Shown: piece by piece, positions 39,404 through 50,941 of the stretch | Position numbering within the stretch: the first letter of the stretch is position 1 | How the letters are laid out: every line of letters begins with the position of its first letter | Source of the DNA: Intestinirhabdus alba | Lineage (GTDB): Bacteria > Pseudomonadota > Gammaproteobacteria > Enterobacterales > Enterobacteriaceae | DNA: 64,000 bases | Reading direction: 5' to 3' | NCBI RefSeq assembly: GCF_009711095.1 | Contig: NZ_WMJZ01000019.1 | Span: forward strand, 36,899 to 100,898 | The notes under the pieces: generated by a model | Databases searched by the model: none | What the model was told of the DNA's origin: nothing | Seen by the model: the letters and a program-made list of their open reading frames with translations, nothing else | Translations under genes and position numbers: made by a program

Positions 39404-39564
39404 GTGTTATTTACATAGAAAAGTGCGCCGGTTTTTATTTTTGTGATGAGATACAGTGTCAACACAAATTGATTTCATTATTCTTTGGCAACTGCTTCAA
39501 ATGGAACGAGCCGGTTTGAAGTGAAAGACGGAATAATAAATCCGCGTCGCGGATAAATATTGCC

Positions 39565-39745
39565 GCGAATGTTGCCGACAGGTTTGCCACGAATGTGGCA
39601 GGGAAGGGGGTGAGAATCCCCCGCAGCCCCCGCTGCTGTGATGCTGACGACCCCGTAAATACCACTGATCGCAAGATTGGGAAGGGCGGGTGAGGATGAC
39701 GCTAAGCCAGAAGACCGGCCTGTCGGTTATAACCAACAACTTCGG
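39565..39745 (+). promoter_or_regulatory. cobalamin (AdoCbl) riboswitch in the cbi leader
   Basis: Core GGGAAGGGGGTGAGAATCCCCCGCAGCCCCCGCTGCTGTGA, ACCACTG, and B12 box GCTAAGCCAGAAGACCGGCC, about 90 nt upstream of the cbiA ATG. Confidence 0.8.
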
Positions 39746-39826
39746 TGGGAAGTGGGTTGCGCAGATGCGGGCGGTCGCAGGACCGGGCGCGTTTACACCC
39801 CTACCACCCTGAACAGGATCAGGGTA

Positions 39827-41206
39827 ATGGCAGCAGAGCATCGCGCGTTTATTGTTGCAGGCACCGGCAGCGGCTGCGGTAAAACCACCGTAACGCTCGG
39901 GTTGCTGAGCCTGCTGAAGAGACGCGGGCTGCGGGTCCAGCCCTGCAAGGTAGGCCCCGACTACCTGGATAGCGGCTGGCATACCGCCCTGTGCGGCACC
40001 CCCTCCCGCAACCTCGACGGCTTTATGCTACCCGAACCGACCCTCAACGCCCTGTTCTGCGAGCAGATGCAGCAGGCGGATATCGCGGTGATCGAAGGGG
40101 TGATGGGGCTGTACGACGGCTACGGCACCGACCCGAACTACTGCAGCACCGCCGCCATGGCGAAACAGCTCGGCTGCCCGGTTATCCTGCTGGTGGACGG
40201 CAGGGCCGTCTCCACCTCCGTCGCCGCCACGGTGATGGGCTTTTGCCACTTCGATCCCTCCCTGAATATCGTCGGCGCGATCGTGAACCGCGTCAACAGC
40301 GCCTCGCACTACCGGCTGCTGAAAACGGCCATTGAAAAATACTGCGACCTGCCGGTGCTGGGCTACGTCCCGCGCGTGGAGGGGGTGGCGCTGCCGGAGC
40401 GTCATCTTGGGCTGGTGACCGCCCGGGAGTCGCTGGTCAGCCAGCCGGCGTGGCAGATGTTCGCCGACACCCTTGAGCAGACGCTGGACATCGACCGCCT
40501 GCTGGCCCTGAGCCGGCTGACCTCCCTGCCGCAGGGGGCCTGGCCCGAGCTGCCCGCCGCGGATGAGGGCGCAGGCCTGACCCTGGCGCTGGCCGATGAC
40601 GAGGCCTTCAACTTTTACTATCCCGACAACGTGGCGCTGCTGGAGCGAACCGGCGTTAACGTGGTGCGTTTCAGCCCCCTGCGCGATCGCCAGCTGCCCG
40701 CCTGCCAGATGATCTGGCTGGGGGGCGGCTACCCGGAGCTGCACGCCGCGAAGCTTGCCGGCAACAGCGCCATGCTGGAGCAGCTGCGCGCGGCGCACCG
40801 GCGCGGCGTGGCGATCTACGCCGAATGCGGCGGGCTGATGTACCTCGGCAGCAGCCTGACCGACGCCGACGGACGCCGCTGGCCGATGGCCGACATCATT
40901 CCCGGCCACAGCACGATGGGCAAACGGCTGACCCGCTTTGGCTACTGCGAAGCCCTGGCCCGGCAGCAGACCCTGCTGGCCGCCGCCGGCGAGGTGCTGC
41001 GCGGCCATGAGTTCCACTACTCCGATTTTCAGCCGGCCACTCCGGCGGTGCTGGACTGCCGTAAGGTACGCGACGGCGTCACGCTGCAGGCGTGGTCCGG
41101 CGGCTGGCAGGCCGGCAGCGCCTTCGCCAGCTATCTGCACGTCCACTTTGCCCAGCGGCCGCGGATGCTGCGCCACTGGCTGGCGGCGGCGAGGGCGGCG
41201 CTATGA
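39827..41206 (+). CDS. cbiA: cobyrinate a,c-diamide synthase
   Basis: True start is the ATG at 39827 (MAAEHRAFIVAGTGSGCGKTT). The ORF track's extension to 39677 runs through the riboswitch. Confidence 0.92.
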   Translation: MAAEHRAFIVAGTGSGCGKTTVTLGLLSLLKRRGLRVQPCKVGPDYLDSGWHTALCGTPSRNLDGFMLPEPTLNALFCEQMQQADIAVIEGVMGLYDGYGTDPNYCSTAAMAKQLGCPVILLVDGRAVSTSVAATVMGFCHFDPSLNIVGAIVNRVNSASHYRLLKTAIEKYCDLPVLGYVPRVEGVALPERHLGLVTARESLVSQPAWQMFADTLEQTLDIDRLLALSRLTSLPQGAWPELPAADEGAGLTLALADDEAFNFYYPDNVALLERTGVNVVRFSPLRDRQLPACQMIWLGGGYPELHAAKLAGNSAMLEQLRAAHRRGVAIYAECGGLMYLGSSLTDADGRRWPMADIIPGHSTMGKRLTRFGYCEALARQQTLLAAAGEVLRGHEFHYSDFQPATPAVLDCRKVRDGVTLQAWSGGWQAGSAFASYLHVHFAQRPRMLRHWLAAARAAL

Positions 41207-42162
41207 CGCTGTTGGCGTGGGGCCTCGCCTGGCTGCTGGATCTGCTTATCGGCGATCCCCAGGGCTGGCCGCATCCGGTGCGCTGGATCGGCAGCCTGAT
41301 CGGCGTCGTGCAGCGCGCCGTTCGCCGCTGCTGCCGCAGCGACCGGGCGCTGCGCCTCGGCGGCGGCGCGCTGTGGCTGGTGGTGGTGGGGCTGACGTGG
41401 GCGGTCGCCTGGGGCGTTCTGGCGCTGGCGCGGTCGCTGCATCCGTGGCTCGGCTGGGCGGTGGAGGTGTGGATGATCTTCACCGTGCTGGCCGGGCGCT
41501 GCCTGGCCGACGCCGCCCGCGAAGTGGAGCGCCCGCTGCGCCAGGGCGATCTCGCGGCCAGCCGGGAAAAACTCTCCTGGATCGTCGGGCGCGACACTTC
41601 GCAGCTGCGGCCTGAGCAGATTAACCGGGCGGTGGTGGAAACCGTCGCGGAAAACAGCGTGGACGGCGTTATCGCCCCGCTGTTTTACCTGGCGATCGGT
41701 GGGGCACCGCTGGCGATGGCCTACAAGGCGGTCAACACCCTCGACTCGATGGTGGGCTACAAGCATGAAAAATACCGCGCCATCGGCATGGTCAGCGCCC
41801 GGCTGGACGACGCGGCCAATTTTATTCCGGCCCGCCTGGGCTGGCTGCTGCTGAGCGCGGCGGCGTTTTTATGCCGCAACGACGGCGCGGCGGCGCTGCG
41901 CATCGGCTGGCGCGACCGCTATCGCCACAGCAGCCCCAACTGCGCCTGGGCGGAGGCACCGGTGGCCGGGGCGTTAGGCATCCGGCTCGGCGGCCCTAAC
42001 GACTATTTTGGCGAGCGCGTGGAGAAACCGTGGATCGGCGACGCCCGGCGCGATATCGCCGTAGATGATATTTCACAAACGATTCGACTGATGTGGGTGG
42101 CATCAACCCTGGCCCTGGCGCTGTTTATGGCGGCGCGGTGGCTGGCGGCTGGCGCGCTCTGA
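41203..42162 (+). CDS. cbiB: adenosylcobinamide-phosphate synthase
   Basis: ATG at 41203 (MTLLAWGLAWLLDLLIGDP), ATGA overlap with the cbiA stop. Membrane protein. Confidence 0.9.
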   Translation: MTLLAWGLAWLLDLLIGDPQGWPHPVRWIGSLIGVVQRAVRRCCRSDRALRLGGGALWLVVVGLTWAVAWGVLALARSLHPWLGWAVEVWMIFTVLAGRCLADAAREVERPLRQGDLAASREKLSWIVGRDTSQLRPEQINRAVVETVAENSVDGVIAPLFYLAIGGAPLAMAYKAVNTLDSMVGYKHEKYRAIGMVSARLDDAANFIPARLGWLLLSAAAFLCRNDGAAALRIGWRDRYRHSSPNCAWAEAPVAGALGIRLGGPNDYFGERVEKPWIGDARRDIAVDDISQTIRLMWVASTLALALFMAARWLAAGAL

Positions 42163-42173
42163 GGATAACGATC

Positions 42174-42806
42174 ATGCATTACATTCAGCAGCCCCGGGCC
42201 ATTGAGGCCAAAAGCTTCGACATCATCGGCGAGATCGTCAGTGAAACCCGCCCGGAATACCGGTTCGCCAGCCCGCTGCACGAGGCGATTATCAAGCGGG
42301 TGATCCACACCACCGCCGATTTTGAGTGGCTGGATATCCTCTGGTTTTCCGACGACGCCCTGCAGCGGCTTTGCGCGGCCCTGAGCCGTCCCGGCGTTAT
42401 CTATACCGACACCACCATGGCGCTCTCCGGTATCAACAAGACGCTGCTGGCGACGTTCGGCGGCGAGTGCCGCTGCTATATCAGCGATCCGCGGGTGGTG
42501 GCGCAGGCGAAGGCGCAGGGGATCACCCGCTCGATGGCGGCGGTGGATATCGCCGTTAACGAAGCGGGCGAGAAGCTGTTTGTCTTCGGCAACGCGCCGA
42601 CGGCGCTGTTCCGGCTGCTGGAGCACGACGTGGCGGTCAGCGGCGTGGTGGGCGTGCCGGTGGGGTTTGTCGGCGCGGCGGAGTCCAAGGAGGCCCTGAC
42701 GCGCAGCGGCCTGCCCGCCGTCGCGGCGCTGGGGCGCAAGGGCGGCAGCAACGTGGCGGCGGCCATCGTCAACGCCATCCTCTATCACCTGCAGGGGGCG
42801 CGATGA
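42174..42806 (+). CDS. cbiC: cobalt-precorrin-8 methylmutase
   Basis: ATG at 42174 ([18 protein letters not shown]), 210 aa. Confidence 0.9.
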   Translation: MHYIQQPRAIEAKSFDIIGEIVSETRPEYRFASPLHEAIIKRVIHTTADFEWLDILWFSDDALQRLCAALSRPGVIYTDTTMALSGINKTLLATFGGECRCYISDPRVVAQAKAQGITRSMAAVDIAVNEAGEKLFVFGNAPTALFRLLEHDVAVSGVVGVPVGFVGAAESKEALTRSGLPAVAALGRKGGSNVAAAIVNAILYHLQGAR

Positions 42807-43942
42807 GCCAGCCAGCCTTTGACGCCCCGGTCTGGCACCACGGCAAGGCGCTGCGTAAGGGGTACACCACCGGCTCCTGCGCCACGGCGGCGGCGAAAGT
42901 GGCGGCGCTGATGGTGCTGCGCCAGCATCTGATCCATCAGGTGTCCATCGTCACCCCGTCGGGGGTTACCCTCAACCTCAGCGTTGAGTCGCCGCACATT
43001 GAGGGCCAGCAGGCGATTGCCGCAATCCGCAAGGACGGCGGCGACGACGTGGACGCCACCCACGGTATGCTGATTTTCGCCCGCGTCACCCTGAACGACA
43101 GCGGCGCAATAACCCTGACGGGCGGCGAAGGCGTCGGCACCGTCACGCGCAAGGGGGTCGGCCTGCCGGTGGGCAGCGCGGCCATCAACCGTACTCCGCG
43201 CCAGACCATTGAAATGGCGGTGCGGGAGGCCATCGGCCCGACCCGGGGCGCGGAGGTGGAGATCTTCGCCCCGGAGGGCGAGGCGCGGGCGCAAAAAACC
43301 TACAACTCGCGGCTCGGCATTCTCGGCGGTATCTCGATTATCGGCACCACCGGCATCGTTACGCCGATGTCGGAGGAGAGCTGGAAGCGCTCGCTGTCGC
43401 TGGAGCTGGAGATCAAGCGCGCCGCCGGGCTGGAGCGGGTGGTGCTGGTGCCGGGCAACCACGGGGAGCGCTTCGTTCGCCAACGGCTGGGCATTGAGGG
43501 TGATGTGGTGGTCACTATGAGCAACTTTGTCGGCTACATGATCGAGGAGGCGGTGCGTCTGGGATACCGCCAGATCGTGCTGGTCGGCCACCCGGGCAAG
43601 CTGATTAAAATCGCCGCCGGGATCTTTCACACCCACAGCCATATTGCCGATGCGCGGATGGAGATCCTGGTGGCGCACCTGGCCCTGCACGGCGCGCCGC
43701 CGGAGCTGCTGGCCCTGGTCGCCGACTGCGATACCACCGAGGCGGCGATGGAGCACATCGCGGCGTTCGGCTTCCAGCATATCTATGACGTGCTGGCCGG
43801 GCGCATCTGTCTGCGGGTCGGGCAGATGCTGCGCTTTACCCGCACCCCGCCCACCTGCGACGCCATCATGTTCTCCTTTGACAACGAGGTGCTGGGCAGC
43901 AGCCGACCGCTCCCTGAAATCGTCCGGGAGATGCAATGCTGA
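42803..43942 (+). CDS. cbiD: cobalt-precorrin-5B (C1)-methyltransferase
   Basis: 379 aa (..[16 protein letters not shown]..). Confidence 0.9.
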   Translation: MSQPAFDAPVWHHGKALRKGYTTGSCATAAAKVAALMVLRQHLIHQVSIVTPSGVTLNLSVESPHIEGQQAIAAIRKDGGDDVDATHGMLIFARVTLNDSGAITLTGGEGVGTVTRKGVGLPVGSAAINRTPRQTIEMAVREAIGPTRGAEVEIFAPEGEARAQKTYNSRLGILGGISIIGTTGIVTPMSEESWKRSLSLELEIKRAAGLERVVLVPGNHGERFVRQRLGIEGDVVVTMSNFVGYMIEEAVRLGYRQIVLVGHPGKLIKIAAGIFHTHSHIADARMEILVAHLALHGAPPELLALVADCDTTEAAMEHIAAFGFQHIYDVLAGRICLRVGQMLRFTRTPPTCDAIMFSFDNEVLGSSRPLPEIVREMQC

Positions 43943-44541
43943 CCGTGGTGGGAATGGGGCCGGCGGGGCTGCACCTGATGACCCCCGCCGCGCGGCAGGC
44001 GGTGGCGGAGGCCCAGGCGCTGGTGGGGGGCAGCCGACACCTGGCGCAGTTTCCGGCGTTCGGCGGCGAGCGGTTCGCCCTCGGGGCCAATATTCCGCAG
44101 CTGCTGGCCTGGCTGGAGGCGCGGCAGGATAAAACGGTGGCGATCCTCGCCTCCGGCGATCCGCTGTTTTACGGCATCGGCACGCGGATCGTGGCCCACT
44201 TTGGCCGCCAGCGGGTGCGCATTATCCCCGGCATCAGCGCGGTGCAGTATCTCTGCGCCCGGGCGGGCATCGACATGAACGAGATGTGGCTGACCAGCAG
44301 CCACGGCCGCAGCGTCAGCTTTGACGAGCTGGCGCGCCATCGCAAGGTGGGCATGGTCACCGACGCCCGCTGCGGGCCGCGGGAGATCGCCGCCGGGCTG
44401 GCGGCACGCGGCAAGGGCCACTGCTGGATGGTGATCGGTGAAAACCTGGCGATGGACAACGAACGGATCCGCTGGCTGCCGGTCAGCGAGGTTAACGACC
44501 AATACGACATGAACGCAGTGGTGATCCTGGATGAAAGATGA
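43936..44541 (+). CDS. cbiE: cobalt-precorrin-7 (C5)-methyltransferase
   Basis: 201 aa. Confidence 0.88.
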   Translation: MLTVVGMGPAGLHLMTPAARQAVAEAQALVGGSRHLAQFPAFGGERFALGANIPQLLAWLEARQDKTVAILASGDPLFYGIGTRIVAHFGRQRVRIIPGISAVQYLCARAGIDMNEMWLTSSHGRSVSFDELARHRKVGMVTDARCGPREIAAGLAARGKGHCWMVIGENLAMDNERIRWLPVSEVNDQYDMNAVVILDER

Positions 44542-45100
44542 GCTTTTTCTGCGCGGCGAGAAGGTGCCGATGACCAAAGAGGCGGTGCGCGCGCTGGCGC
44601 TGGCCAGGCTGGAGCTGCACCGGGCCGGTCACCTGATTGATATCGGCGCGGGCACCGGCAGCGTCTCCATTGAGGCGGCGCTGCACTATCCCGCCCTGCG
44701 GGTGACGGCCATCGAGCGCAATCCCGCCGCGCTGCGCCTGCTTGAGGAGAACCGTCGGCGCTTCGCCTGCGGCAATATCGAGATTGTGCCGGAGGCGGCC
44801 CCGGTGGCGGTGGCCGAAAGGGCCGACGCCATCTTTATGGGCGGCAGCGGCGGTAGCCTGACGGCGCTTATCGACTGGTCGCTGAACCAGCTGCGCCCCG
44901 GCGGTCGGCTGGTGATGACCTTTATCCTGCAGGAGAATCTCGCCGTCGCCCTGGCGCATCTGGCGCAGCTCGGCGTGCCGGACGTTGACTGCCTGCAACT
45001 GCAGGTCTCATCGCTTAACGCGCTCGGCAGCGGCCACTACTTCAAACCGAATAATCCCGTTTTTGTTATCGCCTGTCAGAAGGAAGAGAACGATGTCTGA
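44531..45100 (+). CDS. cbiT: cobalt-precorrin-6B (C15)-methyltransferase (decarboxylating)
   Basis: 189 aa. Confidence 0.88.
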   Translation: MKDELFLRGEKVPMTKEAVRALALARLELHRAGHLIDIGAGTGSVSIEAALHYPALRVTAIERNPAALRLLEENRRRFACGNIEIVPEAAPVAVAERADAIFMGGSGGSLTALIDWSLNQLRPGGRLVMTFILQENLAVALAHLAQLGVPDVDCLQLQVSSLNALGSGHYFKPNNPVFVIACQKEENDV

Positions 45101-45866
45101 GACCTTTGATCCCCGCTGCGTATGGTTTGTCGGCGCAGGGCCGGGCGACCGCGAGCTGATTACCCTCAAGGGCTATCGCCTGCTGCAGCAGGCTCAGGTG
45201 GTGATTTACGCCGGATCGCTGATTAACACCGCGCTGCTGGAATACTGCCCGCCGGGGGCCGAGCTGCACGACAGCGCAACGCTGCATCTGGAGCAAATTC
45301 TCGACCTGATGGAGACCGGCGTCAAAGCCGGGAAAACGGTGGTGCGTTTACAGACCGGGGACGTTTCGCTGTACGGTTCGGTGCGCGAGCAGGGCGAGGA
45401 GCTGGCCCGGCGCGGCATTCCCTGGCGGGTGGTGCCGGGCGTCAGCGCGTTTTTAGGCGCGGCGGCGGAGCTGGGCGTGGAGTACACCGTCCCGGAGGTT
45501 TCCCAGAGCCTGATTATTACCCGCCTGGAGGGGCGCACGCCGGTGCCGGCCCGCGAACAGCTGGAGTCCTTCGCCAGCCATCAGACCTCTATGGCCATCT
45601 ACCTCTCCGTCCAGCGTATTCACCGGGTGGCGGAGCGCCTGATTGAGGGCGGCTATCCGGCGACCACGCCGGTGGCGGTGATTTATAAGGCGACCTGGCC
45701 GGAGAGCCAGACCGTCCGGGGCACCCTGGCCGATATCGGCGACCGGGTGCGCGACGCGGGGATCCGCAAAACGGCGCTCATTCTGGTCGGGAATTTCCTC
45801 GGGGATGAGTATCACTACTCACGACTCTATGCCGCGGATTTTAGCCATGAATACCGTAAAGCCTGA
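45093..45866 (+). CDS. cbiF: cobalt-precorrin-4 C11-methyltransferase
   Basis: ATG at 45093 ([19 protein letters not shown]), 257 aa. Confidence 0.9.
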   Translation: MSETFDPRCVWFVGAGPGDRELITLKGYRLLQQAQVVIYAGSLINTALLEYCPPGAELHDSATLHLEQILDLMETGVKAGKTVVRLQTGDVSLYGSVREQGEELARRGIPWRVVPGVSAFLGAAAELGVEYTVPEVSQSLIITRLEGRTPVPAREQLESFASHQTSMAIYLSVQRIHRVAERLIEGGYPATTPVAVIYKATWPESQTVRGTLADIGDRVRDAGIRKTALILVGNFLGDEYHYSRLYAADFSHEYRKA

Positions 45867-46902
45867 ATCCATCGCCCTGTTCTGCCTGACCCCCGGCGGC
45901 GTTGCGCTGGCGAAGCGGCTGGCGGCGATGCTGCCGGTTACCTGCTTCACCAGCGAAAAGCTGCTGGAGGAGGGGTTTCTTCCCTTTGAGAACGGCTTCG
46001 CCAACTGCGCCCGCGAGGCGTTCGCCAGCTACTCGGCGCTGATTTTTATTGGTGCCACCGGCATTGCGGTGCGGGTGCTGGCTCCGCTGGTCAACGACAA
46101 GTTCAGCGATCCGGCGGTGGTGGTCATCGACGAGCGCGGGCAGCACGTTATCAGCCTGCTCTCCGGCCACGCGGGGGGCGCGAACGCGCTGACCCGCTAT
46201 CTGGCGGGGATGCTGGGGGCCGATCCGGTGATCACCACCGCCACCGACGTTAACGAGATGGCGGCGCTGGACACCCTGGCCTTCCAGCTTGACGCGCGGA
46301 TGAACGACCTGCGCGCGGCGGTAAAAATCGTCAATCAGATGCTGGTCAGCGGGCAGCGCGTCGGCCTGTGGTGGGACGCGGAGCTGGACGAAGAGGTCCG
46401 CCGCTGCGACCGGCGCGGATTTATCACCGTGGCCGATCTTGAACGGCTGCCGGAGCTGGACGCGCTGATCTGCGTCACCCTGCGCAGCGAGCTGCCGACG
46501 ATTCCGCTGCGCCACTGGAAGCTGGTGCCGCAGCGGGTGGTGGCCGGCATCGGCTGCCGCCGCGATACGCCGTTTCCGCTGCTGGCCGCGCTGCTGGCGC
46601 GCCAGCTGGCGGCCCAGCGCTATGACCCGCTGGCGCTGAAGGCCATCGGCAGCGTCTCACTGAAAAAGGACGAGCCGGGTCTGGTTCAACTGGCCTCCTG
46701 CTGGCGGGTGCCTTTTGAAACCTTTACCGCTGACGCGCTGCGTGAGCATGAGCACCGTTTTCCGGTATCCCCCTTCGTGCGTAAAACGGTCGGGACGGGA
46801 AGCGTTTCCGGACCGGCGGCCTGGCTGCTGAGTCACGGAAAACTGTCCGGCGAGACCCTGCGCGAACAGGGCGTCACCATTACTTTGGGAGTAGCACACT
46901 GA
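45847..46902 (+). CDS. cbiG: cobalt-precorrin-5A hydrolase
   Basis: ATG at 45847 ([18 protein letters not shown]), 351 aa. Confidence 0.88.
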   Translation: MNTVKPESIALFCLTPGGVALAKRLAAMLPVTCFTSEKLLEEGFLPFENGFANCAREAFASYSALIFIGATGIAVRVLAPLVNDKFSDPAVVVIDERGQHVISLLSGHAGGANALTRYLAGMLGADPVITTATDVNEMAALDTLAFQLDARMNDLRAAVKIVNQMLVSGQRVGLWWDAELDEEVRRCDRRGFITVADLERLPELDALICVTLRSELPTIPLRHWKLVPQRVVAGIGCRRDTPFPLLAALLARQLAAQRYDPLALKAIGSVSLKKDEPGLVQLASCWRVPFETFTADALREHEHRFPVSPFVRKTVGTGSVSGPAAWLLSHGKLSGETLREQGVTITLGVAH

Positions 46903-47627
46903 TGTTAAGCGTAATTGGAATTGGCCCTGGCTCGCAGGCGATGATGACCATGGAGGCCGTGGAGGCGCTGCAGGCGGCGGAGATCGTGGTCGGCTATAAA
47001 ACTTACACTCACCTGGTAAAGGCCTTCACCGGCGACAAGCAGGTGATCAAAACCGGCATGTGCAAGGAGATTGAGCGCTGCCAGGCGGCCATTGAGCTGG
47101 CGCAGGCCGGCCATAACGTGGCGCTGATCAGCAGCGGCGACGCCGGAATTTACGGCATGGCGGGCCTGGTGCTGGAGCTGGTCAGCAGGCAGAAGCTTGA
47201 CGTGGAGGTGCGCCTGATCCCCGGCATGACAGCCAGTATCGCCGCCGCCTCGCTGCTGGGCGCGCCGCTGATGCACGACTTTTGCCATATCAGCTTAAGC
47301 GATCTGCTTACCCCCTGGCCGGTTATCGAAAAGCGCATTATCGCCGCCGGCGAAGCCGACTTCGTGATCTGCTTTTACAACCCCCGTAGCCGCGGTCGCG
47401 AAGGCCATCTGGCGCGCGCCTTTGAGCTGCTTTCCGCCAGCAAAAGCGCCCGCACTCCGGTGGGCGTGGTAAAGGCGGCCGGGCGTAAAAAGCAGGAGAA
47501 GTGGCTGACCACCCTGGGCGGGATGGATTTTGAACCGGTGGATATGACCAGCCTGGTGATCGTCGGCAACAAAGCCACCTATGTGCAGGATGGTCTGATG
47601 ATCACCCCACGGGGCTACGCGCTGTGA
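46902..47627 (+). CDS. cbiH: cobalt-factor III (precorrin-3B) C17-methyltransferase
   Basis: 241 aa. TGATG overlap with cbiG. Confidence 0.9.
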   Translation: MLSVIGIGPGSQAMMTMEAVEALQAAEIVVGYKTYTHLVKAFTGDKQVIKTGMCKEIERCQAAIELAQAGHNVALISSGDAGIYGMAGLVLELVSRQKLDVEVRLIPGMTASIAAASLLGAPLMHDFCHISLSDLLTPWPVIEKRIIAAGEADFVICFYNPRSRGREGHLARAFELLSASKSARTPVGVVKAAGRKKQEKWLTTLGGMDFEPVDMTSLVIVGNKATYVQDGLMITPRGYAL

Positions 47628-48409
47628 ACCACGGCGAGGTGCTGGTGTTCGGCGGCACCAGCGACGCCCGGGCGCTGTGTCGGCTGCTTGATGAGGCGAA
47701 GGTCGGCTACACCCTGTCGGTGGCGACGCCGACCGGAGAGCAGCTGGCGGGCGATATTCAGGGGCGGGTGCGCTGCGGGCGGCTGGAGCGGGAAGAGATG
47801 ATCGCCTGGCTGAAGGCTAACCGTACCCGCTGGGTAATTGACGCCTCGCATCCCTACGCCGAGGCGGTGAGCGACAACATACGGCGGGCCTGCGCAACGG
47901 CGGGGGTGCCGCTGAGCCGCTATCAGCGTCCGGATCAGCTGAGCGGGCTACGCCACCCGCTGCTGTTTTACGTCCGCAGTATAGAGGAAGCCTGCGAAAC
48001 GGCGCGCCCCCTCGGCGAACGGGTGCTGCTGACCACCGGCAGCAAGGATCTGGCGCGCTGGCGCGCCGGGCTGGCGGAAAAAACGCTGCTGGCGCGGGTG
48101 CTGCCGGTTCCCGAGGTGATAGCACAGTGCGCCGGGCTTGGCTTTGGCGTCGGAGAGATCTTCGCCCTGTGCGGGCCGTTCAGCGCTGAGTTCAACGCCG
48201 CCTTTTACCGCCAGTGCCGGGCTGACGTGGTGGTGACCAAAGCCTCCGGTGCCGAAGGGGGCTACCGGGAGAAAGTACAGCCCTGTCTGGATGCGGGCAT
48301 TCCCTGCATCGTCATCGCGCGCCCGGCGTCTGGGGTGACGGGCGAAGAATTACTGGAAAGTCTGGCGGCATTTGAGCAGCGCCTTGCGCGCTGGCTGGCC
48401 GCCACTTAA
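47624..48409 (+). CDS. cbiJ: cobalt-precorrin-6A reductase
   Basis: 261 aa, GTG start. Confidence 0.85.
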   Translation: MNHGEVLVFGGTSDARALCRLLDEAKVGYTLSVATPTGEQLAGDIQGRVRCGRLEREEMIAWLKANRTRWVIDASHPYAEAVSDNIRRACATAGVPLSRYQRPDQLSGLRHPLLFYVRSIEEACETARPLGERVLLTTGSKDLARWRAGLAEKTLLARVLPVPEVIAQCAGLGFGVGEIFALCGPFSAEFNAAFYRQCRADVVVTKASGAEGGYREKVQPCLDAGIPCIVIARPASGVTGEELLESLAAFEQRLARWLAAT

Positions 48410-48419
48410 GGAGTAAACA

Positions 48420-49214
48420 ATGAAAAAAGCGCTTCTGGTGGTCAGCTTTGGCACCAGCTATCACGACACCTGTGAGAAAAATATTGTGGCCTGCGAGCGC
48501 GAGCTGGCGGCCAGCTGCCCGGATCGCGATCTGTTCCGGGCCTTCACCTCCGGCATGATTATCCGCAAGCTGGAGCGGCGCGACGGCATTCATATCGACA
48601 CGCCGCTGCAGGCGCTACAGCGGCTTGCCGACCTGGGCTACCGGGACGTGGCGATCCAGTCGCTGCACATTATCAACGGCGATGAGTATGAAAAGATCGT
48701 TCGCGAAGTGCAGGAAATGCGCCCGCGCTTCGCCCGCCTGACGCTCGGCGCGCCGCTGCTCAGCAGCCATGACGACTACGCGCAGCTGATGCAGGCTCTG
48801 CGCCAGCAGATGCCGCCGCTGGCGGCATCGGAGAAGGTGGTGTTTATGGGCCACGGGGCCAGCCATCACGCCTTTGCGGCCTACGCCTGCCTCGATCATA
48901 TGATGACCGCCCAGGGGTTTCCGGCGCGGGTCGGGGCGGTGGAGAGCTACCCGGAGGTGGATATCCTGATCGACGGCCTGAGCAGGGAGGGGGTTAGCGC
49001 CGTCCACCTGATGCCGCTGATGCTGGTGGCCGGGGACCACGCCATTAACGACATGGCTTCGGACGAAGAGGATTCATGGAAAACCCGCTTCAACGCCGCG
49101 GGCATCCCGGCGACGCCGTGGCTGAGTGGCCTGGGGGAGAACCCGGCGGTGCGCGCGATGTTCGTGGCCCACCTGCGCCAGGCCCTGAGCGCGGCGATGG
49201 AGGCGGCGGCATGA
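48420..49214 (+). CDS. cbiK: sirohydrochlorin cobaltochelatase
   Basis: 264 aa (MKKALLVVSFGTSYHDT...). Confidence 0.9.
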   Translation: MKKALLVVSFGTSYHDTCEKNIVACERELAASCPDRDLFRAFTSGMIIRKLERRDGIHIDTPLQALQRLADLGYRDVAIQSLHIINGDEYEKIVREVQEMRPRFARLTLGAPLLSSHDDYAQLMQALRQQMPPLAASEKVVFMGHGASHHAFAAYACLDHMMTAQGFPARVGAVESYPEVDILIDGLSREGVSAVHLMPLMLVAGDHAINDMASDEEDSWKTRFNAAGIPATPWLSGLGENPAVRAMFVAHLRQALSAAMEAAA

Positions 49215-49924
49215 GCGGCAGACTCTATGCCCTGAGCACCGGGCCGGGCGCGGCGGACCTGATTACCGTTCGCGCCGCCAGGGTGCTGGGGGCGCTGGAT
49301 ATTCTCTACGCGCCGGCCGGTCGCAAGGGCGGCGACAGCCTGGCGCTGTCCATCGTGCGCGACTATCTCGGCGAGCGCACTGAGGTGCGCTGCCGCCACT
49401 TTCCGATGAGCGCCGACGGTGCGGAGAAAGAGGCGGTGTGGAACGCGGTCGCCGACGAGCTGGCGGCGGAGGTGGCGTCCGGAAAGCAGGTTGGCTTTAT
49501 TACCCTCGGCGACGCCATGCTCTTCAGCACCTGGGTTTTTCTGCTGCAGCGCATCGGGCGGCAGGAGTGGCTGGAGATCGTCCCCGGCGTCACCTCCTTC
49601 GCCGCCATCGCCGCGCGCTCGCAGACCCCGCTGGCCATGGAGCAGCAGTCGCTGGCGGTGGTCTCCTGCACCGCGCCGGAGGCGGACATCGCCCGGGCGC
49701 TGGCGCAGCACGACAGCCTGGTGCTGATGAAGGTTTACGGCCGCTTCCCGCGCATTAAGGCGCTGCTCAGAGAGGCCGGGCTGCTGGATCGCGCGCTGAT
49801 GATGTCCGAGGCCACGCTGCCCGGCGAGCAGTGCTGGCGCAATCTGGATGAGGTCAGCGATGAGCGGCCGCTGCCCTATTTCTCAACCATTCTGGTCAAT
49901 AAACGTCTGGAGAGTGAGCAATGA
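49211..49924 (+). CDS. cbiL: cobalt-factor II C20-methyltransferase
   Basis: ATG at 49211 (MSGRLYALSTGPGAADLIT), 237 aa. Confidence 0.9.
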   Translation: MSGRLYALSTGPGAADLITVRAARVLGALDILYAPAGRKGGDSLALSIVRDYLGERTEVRCRHFPMSADGAEKEAVWNAVADELAAEVASGKQVGFITLGDAMLFSTWVFLLQRIGRQEWLEIVPGVTSFAAIAARSQTPLAMEQQSLAVVSCTAPEADIARALAQHDSLVLMKVYGRFPRIKALLREAGLLDRALMMSEATLPGEQCWRNLDEVSDERPLPYFSTILVNKRLESEQ

Positions 49925-50649
49925 AGAGTGAACAACGGCTGAAACGGCTGTCGCTGAGCGGCCTGGCGGCGGCGCTGCTGCTGATGGTTATCCCGGAGCA
50001 GGCCTTTGCGATGCACATTATGGAGGGCTTTCTGCCGCCGATGTGGGCGCTGGCCTGGTGGCTGCTGTTTTTACCCTGCCTGTGGTACGGGCTGGTGTGC
50101 CTGCGGCGCATTGTGCTGGAAGACAGCCATCAGAAGGTGCTGCTGGCCCTGTGCGGAGCCTTTATCTTCGTCCTGTCGGCGCTGAAGATCCCCTCCGTCA
50201 CCGGCAGTTGCTCCCACCCGACCGGGGTGGGGCTGGCGGTCATTCTGTTCGGGCCGGGGATTGTGTCGGTTCTTGGCGCGATTGTGCTGCTGTTCCAGGC
50301 GCTGCTGCTGGCGCACGGCGGGCTGACCACCCTTGGGGCCAACGGGATGTCGATGGCGGTGATTGGGCCGCTGGTCGGCTACGCCGCGTGGCGGATCGCC
50401 TGCCGGGTGGGGCTGCGCCGCGACGTTGGCGTCTTCCTCTGCGCCATGCTGGCGGATCTGGCGACCTATTTTGTCACCTCGCTGCAGCTGGGCGCGGCCT
50501 TTCCGGACCCGCAGGCGGGGGCTGCCGCCTCCATCGTCAAGTTTATGGGCATTTTCTGTCTGACGCAGTTCCCCATCGCCATCGCCGAGGGGCTGCTGAC
50601 GGTAATGATCTATGACCAGCTGACCAAACGACGGCTGATTGCCGCATAA
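49921..50649 (+). CDS. cbiM: cobalt ECF transporter substrate-capture (S) component
   Basis: 242 aa, polytopic membrane protein. Confidence 0.9.
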   Translation: MKSEQRLKRLSLSGLAAALLLMVIPEQAFAMHIMEGFLPPMWALAWWLLFLPCLWYGLVCLRRIVLEDSHQKVLLALCGAFIFVLSALKIPSVTGSCSHPTGVGLAVILFGPGIVSVLGAIVLLFQALLLAHGGLTTLGANGMSMAVIGPLVGYAAWRIACRVGLRRDVGVFLCAMLADLATYFVTSLQLGAAFPDPQAGAAASIVKFMGIFCLTQFPIAIAEGLLTVMIYDQLTKRRLIAA

Positions 50650-50659
50650 GGAGGCGAAG

Positions 50660-50941
50660 ATGAAAAAGACGCTGATACTTCTGGCGATGGTGGTGGCGCT
50701 GATCGTACTGCCGTTTTTCATTAACCACGGCGGTGAATATGGCGGGTCGGACGGCGAGGCGGAGAGCCAGATCCAGGTCATCGCGCCGCACTACCAGCCC
50801 TGGTTCCAGCCGCTGTATGAACCGGCCAGCGGCGAAGTTGAGAGCCTGCTGTTTACGCTGCAGGGCTCCCTTGGGGCGGCGGTGATTTTTTACATTCTCG
50901 GCTACGCGAGGGGCAGACAGCGTTGTGATGACCGGACTTGA
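50660..50941 (+). CDS. cbiN: cobalt transport protein CbiN
   Basis: ATG at 50660 with an AAGGAGG SD (MKKTLILLAMVVALIV...), 93 aa. Confidence 0.88.
   Translation: MKKTLILLAMVVALIVLPFFINHGGEYGGSDGEAESQIQVIAPHYQPWFQPLYEPASGEVESLLFTLQGSLGAAVIFYILGYARGRQRCDDRT

Noticed and set aside
39677-39826. 5' extension of the cbiA ORF in the track (start at 39677)
   Set aside because: The extension runs through the cobalamin riboswitch and B12 box. The conserved CbiA N-terminus begins at the ATG at 39827.
40028-41176. 382-aa ORF antisense to cbiA. Similar long antisense ORFs lie in cbiD, cbiP, pduP, pduS and pduG
   Set aside because: High-GC sense genes generate long stop-free antisense frames. All are nested inside well-supported conserved genes.
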